Below, piece after piece: positions 1 through 6,697 of a stretch of 24,000 nucleotides of DNA (position 1 is the first letter of the stretch; each line of letters begins with the position of its first letter). The notes beneath the pieces are model-generated. The model had not been told where the DNA came from and did no database searches. It worked only from the letters and a program-made list of their open reading frames with translations. The stretch is from an uncultured Dehalococcoidia bacterium (GTDB lineage Bacteria; Chloroflexota; Dehalococcoidia; SZUA-161): NCBI GenBank assembly GCA_964502665.1, contig CAZCXP010000009.1, forward strand, positions 5,804 to 29,803. The letters run 5' to 3'. The position numbers and the translations under genes were made by a program.

Positions 1-1823
1 ATTAGCAGATGTCGCACGTCATCTTTTCCTTGGAAGTTGGTTTCCAGCAGCTCAGCTAGCTCCGACATAGTGAGCACCTGGTCATCGAAGACGAGCTTCT
101 TGATCGCTGCCAGCGAGTCGGCAGCAGTGCCCAGCCCCCTTGCTGTGATTGAGCCAAAGTTGTAGAGCGCTCCACCATCCGTTGCGTCCTTGCCGCTTTC
201 AACACAGCCCGTCAGAGTGGCGGAGACGAACGGTGCGGGGAATTCCGCTTGGTAGATAGTATCCTTCACGTTGGTCGCATCGACTGCAAAGTTCACATTA
301 TGCTCCAGCTGCTTGCGGAAGGCATCCATTACCTCATCGAAGGTCTTGAACCTTGTGGGATCTCCTGTGCGAAGCCCCTGCCCTCCCATCAGGCGATAAC
401 CCCCATTGGTGAGCACCATCTCTAAAACCCCTCCGAGCTTGAGATCGTTGCCACCGGTGCAGGCAAAGCTGTCCCCAGAGCCGGTAGGCTCAACGCAGCC
501 AACGATGGCGTAATCCCTAGCGTCTTCCAAGCTATATCCGTCGCTGAGCAACGCTGGAATGATTGCTTCATCGTTGTAGAATGCCTGTCCTGAGGTTGAC
601 CTGTAGACCCGGCATGCCCTCAGCAGGAAATCCTCAGTGGTCTTGCTATGAATCCTTATCGCCAGGTTGTTGATGACGGCCTTCAGTCGCTCGGATGCTT
701 CCAAGATCATGTAGGACAATTCGTTGGTAGCATCCTTGCCATCTCGGGTCTGGCCGCCTATGGTTATTGGCTGTGGGCTTGTGCCCAGTGTGCTTGCAAC
801 CTCGAGCCCAGCTTCAGGCAGCAACAGTATGTTTGATGTCAGCTTGAGTTCTAGCTCCTCAATAAGCTCCTGAGCCTCTTCTTTGGTGATTATCCCCTCC
901 GCAACATCTCTTCTGTAGAATGGATAGAGGTATTGATCGATCCTTCCCAGGGCGAAGGTTGCAGCCATACCATAGCTGATTTGGGCGATTACCTGGGTAA
1001 ACCACAGGCACTGCATTGCTTCATAGAATGTCCTCGGGGGGTTGGCGGGAACCCATCGACAACTCTCCGCTATCCTTTGCAACTCATCTCTTCTGTTCGG
1101 ATTTGCTTCCTTCCTGGCCAGTTTCACTGCCTCCTCAGCAAACCTGCCAGCGAAAGCGATGGCGGCCACTGAGCAGATGGTCACCGCCTGGAGGAAGTCG
1201 GCCTTCCTTCTCGCATCAGGATTTTCCGTTTGCAGTCTCTCCAGGTGCTCGGCTGCCTTCTCCTTGATTCCGTTGAAACCCTGACGCATCACGTTCCCGT
1301 GTCCCAACACCAGATGGCCTTGGACGTCGAATATGTCCGTGGCCAGGTTTGGGCAATTTCTATCGATTTCGCCGAGGCCTTTCACTTTCATCAAGCCCTT
1401 TTCGGCCCATAGGGAGGCTTTCTTGTCTCGGACCGTTCGCCCCTTCCAGTAGGGAAGAATTTCCTCCCTCAACACTTTCTTGTCATCGTCGCTTATCATA
1501 AAAGGGCGTTTCCTCTTTCCCATTGTGTCCATCTCCAGCTCCAGGACAGCGCTAATGTCGCCACGCTCAACGGGGATTACTCCAGCCAGGCGCTTGCTCG
1601 TTCTGTTGCCAACAATCAGTTCGTCTTCGTCGATGTGGATGGTCATCTCGGCAAGCGTCTTGGCCAGGGCCTTTGCTGCCCTGATAGCTGGTGGCTGCCC
1701 TTCTGTTTCCTGATAGCTGCTTGTATAGAGGCGCGCTCTCTCGACACAAACCTCATAAGGCGAGGAAAGCAGCTTCTGCTTCATTCGCTCGACCCTAGAA
1801 CGAATCGTCCCTGGCGTTTCCAC
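1..1823 (-). CDS. Glycyl radical enzyme (PFL-fold, Cys-x-Glu eliminase/dehydratase type), N-terminal ~607 aa. The C-terminus with the glycyl-radical loop lies beyond the left edge.
   Basis: My own translation of the minus strand gives an uninterrupted frame that is not in the ORF track because it runs off the edge. It starts VETPGTIRSRVERMKQKLLSSPYEVCVERARLYTSSYQETEGQPPAIRAAKAL...DELIVGN, a typical GRE N-terminus. It contains the catalytic loop DYAIVGCVEP and, further on, GCVESGKDATDGGALYNF. A GTG at 1823 follows GAGGG with a 7-nt spacer, and a TGA lies 5 codons upstream in frame. An alternative ATG is at 1784. Confidence 0.85.
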   Translation of the reverse strand, partial: METPGTIRSRVERMKQKLLSSPYEVCVERARLYTSSYQETEGQPPAIRAAKALAKTLAEMTIHIDEDELIVGNRTSKRLAGVIPVERGDISAVLELEMDTMGKRKRPFMISDDDKKVLREEILPYWKGRTVRDKKASLWAEKGLMKVKGLGEIDRNCPNLATDIFDVQGHLVLGHGNVMRQGFNGIKEKAAEHLERLQTENPDARRKADFLQAVTICSVAAIAFAGRFAEEAVKLARKEANPNRRDELQRIAESCRWVPANPPRTFYEAMQCLWFTQVIAQISYGMAATFALGRIDQYLYPFYRRDVAEGIITKEEAQELIEELELKLTSNILLLPEAGLEVASTLGTSPQPITIGGQTRDGKDATNELSYMILEASERLKAVINNLAIRIHSKTTEDFLLRACRVYRSTSGQAFYNDEAIIPALLSDGYSLEDARDYAIVGCVEPTGSGDSFACTGGNDLKLGGVLEMVLTNGGYRLMGGQGLRTGDPTRFKTFDEVMDAFRKQLEHNVNFAVDATNVKDTIYQAEFPAPFVSATLTGCVESGKDATDGGALYNFGSITARGLGTAADSLAAIKKLVFDDQVLTMSELAELLETNFQGKDDVRHLL

Positions 1824-1853
1824 CTTCTTTCCCTCTTGTCAGATGATTGTAGG

Positions 1854-2399
1854 CTAGCCTGGCCGGGTCAAGGCGCAGAGCACGAAATAGACGAGAAGCG
1901 AGTATTCTTTTTCCCAAGGGAATTTATGATACCCCTGACCGAGAAAGACACCATCTTCGATCTTTCGGAGTTCATCAATTGTGCCAAACATAGGCGATGG
2001 AAACGGGGCATAGACCAAAGCAAGACACTGGTCTTGGTCAAACATCGACTCCTTGATGCAGGTATCAAAGGAGAATCGACGGGGTAGCAGCCGATTCTGA
2101 TACAGGTTGAGTCCCTTCCCTGTCGTGTCTTCATCGAAGCGAGTGACGAATCTCTTTCCAGTCCAGCGGGCAGAAGGGTTATCGAAGCCAATGCGTGTAA
2201 GTAGTTTCATCCGCCACGAAGTCTTGGGATTCCATGCCAGGAAACTACCTGCGGTGTCTCCTTCAAGCTCTTCAAAAGAGGGTGTCTTGCCTTCCTTGAA
2301 CAACCAATGAAGGTCATCAAAGGAGTATCCTCTCAATTTAGCCATAATTGCTTGAGCATTCTCCCTGGAATGGCGTTGTACAGCCACAGTAGCAGACAT
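1854..2399 (-). CDS. GXWXG/DUF4334-like protein (181 aa)
   Basis: The track ORF 1854..2660 is trimmed to the internal ATG at 2399, which is preceded by GAAAGGAGGG. The sequence shows W-x-GKRF (ARWTGKRFVTRFDED) followed by LALVYAP...IDELRKIEDGVFLGQGY...YFVL, which resembles the GXWXG plus DUF4334 two-domain layout. The first GXWXG motif is degenerate. It ends 30 nt upstream of the GRE start, which implies an operon. Confidence 0.55.
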   Translation of the reverse strand: MSATVAVQRHSRENAQAIMAKLRGYSFDDLHWLFKEGKTPSFEELEGDTAGSFLAWNPKTSWRMKLLTRIGFDNPSARWTGKRFVTRFDEDTTGKGLNLYQNRLLPRRFSFDTCIKESMFDQDQCLALVYAPFPSPMFGTIDELRKIEDGVFLGQGYHKFPWEKEYSLLVYFVLCALTRPG

Positions 2400-2660
2400 A
2401 TTTGATAACCCTCCTTTCAGGCTCTCCGCAGTGCCACCCGATAGTGGACAGGGGCGAACTCGGTCTTCTCCAAATGCGCCTGGACGGGCGTAATCATTAA
2501 ACCCCTTCCCCCAATGTATGGTAACACAAGAAGTCCGTAGTGCAATACAGTAGCAATGGAAGAAAGGGGGAGCACGCGCAAACAGCCACCTTTGAACACA
2601 GCATGAAGCACTGCGGAGCCCCCTTGTCGTGACTCCCCCATAAGGGCTACGAAAGAACAA
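2400..2660 (-). promoter_or_regulatory. Long, apparently structured 5' leader of the DUF4334-GRE operon (candidate cis-regulatory RNA, class unknown)
   Basis: An 11-nt perfect long-range complement, plus 2 more bp after a 2-nt bulge, joins plus-strand 2608-2620 (GCACTGCGGAGCC) and 2420-2434 (GGCTCTCCGCAGTGC). The pairing encloses ~173 nt, and its 3' arm abuts the SD. A pyrimidine run CCCCCTTTCTTCC inside the leader is complementary to the SD GAAAGGAGGG. Other G-rich and C-rich complementary runs are also present. Confidence 0.35.
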
Positions 2661-3021
2661 TATCTACCAGGACTATTTCCTCATTGACTGAGAACAATGC
2701 AGCCCTTACTCTGAATCTGATAGCGTATGCCTGTCTGAAAAGACTCGCACGATGTGCAGATGAAGTGGTGGAGAGGTATGCTTTTCCTTCTGGGAGTGAT
2801 TGGCGGACTAATCTGTGGGCTAATCGACGCTCTAGCCAGCTACTGGATACGGCTTGTTGGCGTAGCAGCCAAAGGCACTTGGAAATGGTGTAGAGCCATA
2901 GTCGATGAGTTGCCATCTAGAACGCCATAAAACACTGGCCCCAAGACAAGGGCTTCCGAAGCTGTTGGAGTCCCCTAATCTACAAGATGATGCAGGAAGC
3001 CTCCGTATGCCCCAGCATTTG

Positions 3022-3726
3022 TCAGAAAGCCATGTCTGGTTTCCACACTTGCCATACCTTGCCCGCGAGGTCTGGCCCCGGCTTCAACGTCGGCTTGCCT
3101 GGCTGCCATCCGGATGGCGTTGCTTCTCCCGTTTCTCTGACATGCTGAAATGCTTTGACCTGCCGAATCAGCTCTGCAACATTTCGCCCTACAGGAGGTG
3201 TCACAACTTCCATTGCCTGAACTACACCATCTGGATCAATGAGGAAACGACCTCGAACGTCTACGCCTGCATCCTCATCGTATACTCCATAGGCCGCGCC
3301 GATTCGTCCTCCAGCATCAGAGAGCATCGGATATGGCACGCCCCCTGGCACCATCTTCGAGAGTTCTTCTTCCTGCCATATTTTATGGGTGAATCGGCTG
3401 TCGGTGCTCATTGATAGTACCTGTACTCCCAGCGACTTGAGTTCTTCATGTTTGACAGCAACTGCTGTCAGTTCTGTTGGTCAGACGAATGTGAAATCAC
3501 CGGGATAGAAACACAGTACGACCCATTGACCTCTGTAATCGGAAAGCTTGATGTTCTTGAAGCCGCCATCCACAAAGGCGCTGGCCTCGAAATCCGGTGC
3601 TGGTTTGCCAACCTGAGGAGTCATCTTACGCGCCTCCTTATGCGTTTCTAATGGTGAGGATTCTTCTAATTCCGGCAAGATCGGCCCTTTCGCTGGTTGC
3701 ACACACTGGTCTTTTGCTTCGGGCAT
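3022..3726 (-). CDS. Peroxiredoxin (AhpC/Prx1 family) with an in-frame UGA at the peroxidatic position; putative selenocysteine peroxiredoxin (PrxU-like)
   Basis: Track ORFs 3481..3726 and 3022..3411 are in the same frame (3483-3411=72). The only stop between them is the TGA at 3481-3483. Read-through gives [49 protein letters not shown], which is the canonical FTFVCPTE active site with TGA in place of Cys. The ATG at 3726 has GGAGGT 5 nt upstream. The internal ATG at 3624 ([12 protein letters not shown]) has AAGGAGG 8 nt upstream and would give a canonical 200-aa Prx with Sec at position 48. Confidence 0.8.
3453..3483 (-). promoter_or_regulatory. UGA recoding site plus candidate bacterial SECIS hairpin
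   Basis: On the mRNA the sequence reads UGA, then 10 nt, then a 7-bp perfect stem UGACAGC / GCUGUCA (3453-3470) with apical loop AGUU. The loop has G at its second position and lies 17 nt after the UGA. This geometry matches published bacterial SECIS models. Confidence 0.55.
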
Positions 3727-3755
3727 CGGATACCTCCTTTCCTATTTGCCCCACA

Positions 3756-3775
3756 GATAATTGATGATATTTGAT
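3756..3775. promoter_or_regulatory. Tandem AT-rich 10-mer (GATAATTGAT GATATTTGAT), a candidate Fur/PerR-family-like operator between the catalase stop and the prx start
   Basis: Two adjacent 10-bp copies differ at one base. They contain GATAAT-type hexamers like Fur-family boxes and lie 30-50 nt upstream of the prx ATG at 3726. Confidence 0.25.
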
Positions 3776-3782
3776 ACTAGGG

Positions 3783-5294
3783 TTACTGAGCAGTAGCCTT
3801 AACCCGCTCCTCCTGTGACATCTCAGCTAAACGCTCGACCTTCTTAACATCCAGTCCCAGCCCCTCCGCTACACGGCGGCCATACTCTGGATCTGCCTTG
3901 TAAGAGATGGCTGCCTGCCGCAACTGAATACGCTTCTGAGCGTTGCAAAGGTGGGTCGTTATATTCCCAATCAGATGGTCTCTGTCCTCGTCTGTCATCA
4001 CTCGTCTATATAATTCCCCTGCCTGGAAGAAATCGTCGTTGGGGTGAGTGTACGGTTGACGCGCCGCCAGGCCGGAAACCTCAAAGGGTGGCTCACTGGC
4101 GTCAGGCTGTGGTTCCGGCCCTCCGAAACTATTGGGGTAATAGTTAGGAGCCCCGCCGAAGTTGCCACCCACTTGCATAAACCCATCACGTTGGTAATTG
4201 TCTACCTTGGCCGCTTTAGGTCTGTTTATTGGGATCAGGTGGTAGTTAGGGCCTAGGCGATGGCGATGAGTGTCATGATAGCTGAAGAGCCGCCCCTGAA
4301 GTAGCTTGTCAGGAGATGCTGCTATACCGGGGACGAAGTTGGCGGGCGAAAAAGCGGCTTGCTCTACCTCGGCGAAGTAATTCTCCGGGTTACGGTTGAG
4401 GACCATGCGGCCGATCGTGATCGGTGGATAGTCAGCGTGAAACCACACCTTGGTTATATCAAAGGGATCAAAGCGGTACTCTGTAGCCTGCTCAGGGGTC
4501 ATGATCTGCACTTGCACCCTCCACGATGGGTACTCTCCACGTTGAATTGCGTCACAGAGATCGCGTGTCGCATGGTCTGGGTCCTCGCCCTTAAGCTTGG
4601 TCGCTTCATCGCGGGTCAAATTCTGAATCCCCTGCTCAGTTTTGAAGTGGTACTGCACCCAGAAGAATTCACCTTTGTCGTTGTACCACTTAAAGGTGTG
4701 ACTGCTGTAACCATTCATGTGCCGGAAGGTTCTGGGCGTGCCGCGGTCGGAAAACAGAATGGTCACCTGATGTATCGATTCAGGTGTTAGGGAGAGGAAG
4801 TCCCAGAACATGTCGGCGTCCTTGAGGTTGGTCTCCGGATTACGTTTCTGTGTATGGATGAAATCGGGGAACTTGAGCGGATCACGGATGAAGAAAACGG
4901 GTGTATTGTTCCCCACCATGTCGTAGTTGCCATCCTCCGTATAGAGCTTAACTGCAAAACCGCGAGGGTCCCTTTCGGCATCGGCGGAGCCCTTCTCACC
5001 CCCGACTGTGGAGAAGCGCGCAAAGACGTCCGTACGCTTCCCGATCTTTGAAAGGAATTTGGCCTTGGTGTACTTGGTTACATCGGCGGTAACCTCGAAA
5101 TAGCCATGTGCCCCTGCTCCTTTGGCATGTACTACTCGCTCTGGAATCCGCTCACGGTCAAAATGAGCCAGCTTCTCCAGCAGGTGGGCATCCTGTATCA
5201 GAGCGGGACCGGGGCTGCCCGCAGTTACGGTGTTCTGGTCGTCCTCAACCGGCTTGCCGAAATTGGTTGTCAACTTCTTGTCATGAAGCGTCAT
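3783..5294 (-). CDS. katA: Monofunctional heme catalase (small-subunit, clade-3-like), 503 aa
   Basis: The sequence has [24 protein letters not shown] (distal His), the [12 protein letters not shown] motif and [17 protein letters not shown] (proximal Tyr). I moved the start from the track's 5387 to the ATG at 5294 ([13 protein letters not shown]), which is preceded by GGGGAGGTG with a 5-nt spacer. Confidence 0.95.
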   Translation of the reverse strand: MTLHDKKLTTNFGKPVEDDQNTVTAGSPGPALIQDAHLLEKLAHFDRERIPERVVHAKGAGAHGYFEVTADVTKYTKAKFLSKIGKRTDVFARFSTVGGEKGSADAERDPRGFAVKLYTEDGNYDMVGNNTPVFFIRDPLKFPDFIHTQKRNPETNLKDADMFWDFLSLTPESIHQVTILFSDRGTPRTFRHMNGYSSHTFKWYNDKGEFFWVQYHFKTEQGIQNLTRDEATKLKGEDPDHATRDLCDAIQRGEYPSWRVQVQIMTPEQATEYRFDPFDITKVWFHADYPPITIGRMVLNRNPENYFAEVEQAAFSPANFVPGIAASPDKLLQGRLFSYHDTHRHRLGPNYHLIPINRPKAAKVDNYQRDGFMQVGGNFGGAPNYYPNSFGGPEPQPDASEPPFEVSGLAARQPYTHPNDDFFQAGELYRRVMTDEDRDHLIGNITTHLCNAQKRIQLRQAAISYKADPEYGRRVAEGLGLDVKKVERLAEMSQEERVKATAQ

Positions 5295-5346
5295 TTCACA
5301 CCTCCCCTTTTTGCCAATATCCCATCCGTTCCGCGTGGTACGGTGA

Positions 5347-5374
5347 ATTATAAACATATGGGAATGCCTGTCAA
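5347..5374 (-). promoter_or_regulatory. Sigma70-type promoter for the catalase gene
   Basis: The minus strand reads TTGACA (5374-5369), a 16-nt spacer, then TATAAT (5352-5347). Both hexamers match the consensus, about 50 nt upstream of the ATG at 5294. Confidence 0.55.
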
Positions 5375-5555
5375 GAGGTAATAACAAGTCGACAAAAATG
5401 CTGCGAAACTACAAAAGACATCGGGCGCCGCATTGATCGGTGATGCAGTCCATGATGAGGGCATCACGCCGGAAACAGAGAAGGCAAAAGCACTCTACAG
5501 CAATGGTTCCTTTTTCTGATTCCTCCGTTTTTCGTCCCTGGCTTGCCTAGAATCC

Positions 5556-5584
5556 TTGCAATAGTGTGATTATTTAAATAGAAT
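5556..5584 (+). promoter_or_regulatory. Sigma70-type promoter for the DUF2804/heliorhodopsin transcription unit (near-leaderless)
   Basis: TTGCAA (5556-5561), a 17-nt spacer, then TAGAAT (5579-5584). Only 10 nt separate the -10 element from the ATG at 5595, and no SD lies between them. Confidence 0.45.
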
Positions 5585-5594
5585 GTCGTAAATC

Positions 5595-6632
5595 ATGGGC
5601 GGATTGTTGGAGACCCCTGACAGGGCAGTAGTGGACGGGCAAGTGCAGTTCGGCCGCTTCGCGCGGCCGTTCCGGGAGCTGAATCTCCTGGATGCACAGT
5701 GCGGGATTCCCCGACTGGGCGGGCTACGGCGTTTCCGGCTCAAGGAGTGGGAACACGTCGCACTGGTACATCACGACTGGTACCTCAGCCTGGCGATCGT
5801 TGATGTCGGGTTCCTGGTGACCTCCTGGCTGCACCTTTTCGACCGGCGGAACCACGAGGCCTTCGAGCACGTGCGGAAGCTACCGCCGGGCAGGTTTCGC
5901 GCCCCAGCGAACGTATGGGATCATTCTGGAAAGATCGAGACCAGGGGATACCGGGTGTTGGTGCACAACCACCTTGAGCGCCAGGTCCACCGGTTCCAGA
6001 TCGAGGTGCGCGGAGAGCGGTCTCTACCCGCTGTGGCGGGCACCCTGCTGCTTCACGAGGACCCTGCCCGGACGCAGCCGCTGGTGGCGCTGCTTCCCCT
6101 GGGGCCCAACCGCCCCATGTTCACGCATAAGTCAGCCTGCCCCGCCAGCGGACTGCTTGAAATAGGGGGCGAGAGGGTGGAGTTCACCCCGGACCGCAAC
6201 GTGGGGTTGCTGGACTACCACAAGGCGTACTACCCCCGCAACACCTTCTGGAGGTGGGCCACTTTCGCCACCATCGACGCGACCGGGAACCTGCTGGGAG
6301 TCAACCTCACTCACAACGTCATCGAGGACGACACGCGATTCAATGAGAACTGCATCTGGCATGGGAACTCTATCTCGCTGGTAGGGGCTGCTCGCTTCGA
6401 AGTCCCGAAGGACCCCACGCAGCCGTGGACGATTCGGACCTCCGATGAAGCCGTGGACCTGGAACTCACCCCGCAGGGATTGCGCCGGGAGCGGGTGAAC
6501 CTCGGCCTCGTCCGGTCAGCCTACGACCAGCCGTACGGCCTGTACTGCGGCACACTGGTGGATTCCGGAGGCAGGAGACACGCCGTCGAGAAAGCCTTCG
6601 GCGTGGCCGAGGACCACGTTGCGAAGTGGTAA
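5595..6632 (+). CDS. DUF2804-like protein (345 aa), function unknown
   Basis: A full-length ORF with LKEWEHVALVHHDWYLSLAIVDVGFL near the N-terminus and a C-terminal FGVAEDHVAKW. Both resemble what I recall of the DUF2804 family. The gene is strongly G/C-biased: my spot counts of 60-nt lines give 63% and 70% GC. Confidence 0.55.
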   Translation: MGGLLETPDRAVVDGQVQFGRFARPFRELNLLDAQCGIPRLGGLRRFRLKEWEHVALVHHDWYLSLAIVDVGFLVTSWLHLFDRRNHEAFEHVRKLPPGRFRAPANVWDHSGKIETRGYRVLVHNHLERQVHRFQIEVRGERSLPAVAGTLLLHEDPARTQPLVALLPLGPNRPMFTHKSACPASGLLEIGGERVEFTPDRNVGLLDYHKAYYPRNTFWRWATFATIDATGNLLGVNLTHNVIEDDTRFNENCIWHGNSISLVGAARFEVPKDPTQPWTIRTSDEAVDLELTPQGLRRERVNLGLVRSAYDQPYGLYCGTLVDSGGRRHAVEKAFGVAEDHVAKW

Positions 6633-6697
6633 GCTGCCAATTGTCTATTCCTACTGAAGATGCTGATACTTAAGAATACTTAAGGCAGGAGGGCGAA

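Noticed and set aside
2420-2445. A T-box-like sequence, GGGTGGCACTGCG, on the mRNA strand (T-box consensus GGGUGGNACCGCG, one mismatch), just upstream of the SD
   Set aside because: I found no downstream partner that would form the antiterminator or antisequestrator bulge helix. I also found no recognisable Stem I, specifier loop or K-turn. Instead the motif pairs with a segment ~175 nt upstream. A GRE operon is also an atypical T-box target. The match is probably coincidental, but an Infernal scan would settle it.
2440-2490. pfl/ZTP-riboswitch-like fragments (GGCGAAC ... GCGCCTGGAC) on the plus strand
   Set aside because: They are on the wrong strand to regulate the GRE operon. The two sub-motifs are only ~22 nt apart, too close to fit the P1/P2 helices. 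The 3' motif deviates from CCGCCUGGGC.
1854-2660. The track's 268-aa ORF, extending the DUF4334-like gene 87 codons upstream
   Set aside because: The extension (MFFRSPYGGVTTRGLRSASCCVQRW...) is Arg/Cys-rich with no protein-like features. The internal ATG at 2399 has a perfect AGGAGGG SD. The upstream part is better explained as a structured leader.
2760-2930. A small plus-strand ORF of 56 aa (MKWWRGMLFLLGVIGGLICGLIDALASYWIRLVGVAAKG...) with one TM-like segment
   Set aside because: It has no SD and no promoter that I could see. It uses several rare-looking codons (cta, aga, ata) and is below the track threshold. It cannot be supported as a gene without homology or expression data.
3481-3483. 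The TGA in the peroxiredoxin read as a simple nonsense mutation (pseudogene) or a sequencing error
   Set aside because: The stop falls exactly on the peroxidatic Cys codon. Both halves remain intact and in frame, and a well-placed hairpin follows. Sec recoding is therefore the better explanation. The pseudogene alternative stays open until the Sec machinery is confirmed in the genome.
5340-5360. A PerR-box-like half site (TTATAAT) overlapping the catalase -10 element
   Set aside because: Only one half of the TTATAATNATTATAA palindrome is present, and that half is simply the -10 hexamer itself.
3998-5381. Multiple 60-143-aa ORFs on both strands inside the catalase gene (for example 4359..4790+, 4787..5023-, 5106..5381+)
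   Set aside because: They lie entirely within, or antisense to, a high-confidence catalase CDS. Their translations are low-complexity or Arg/Pro-rich. They are typical shadow ORFs.
5295-5387. The catalase start at 5387 given by the track
   Set aside because: The extra 31 aa ([31 protein letters not shown]) would overlap the consensus promoter at 5347-5374. The ATG at 5294 has a strong SD and gives the canonical catalase N-terminus.
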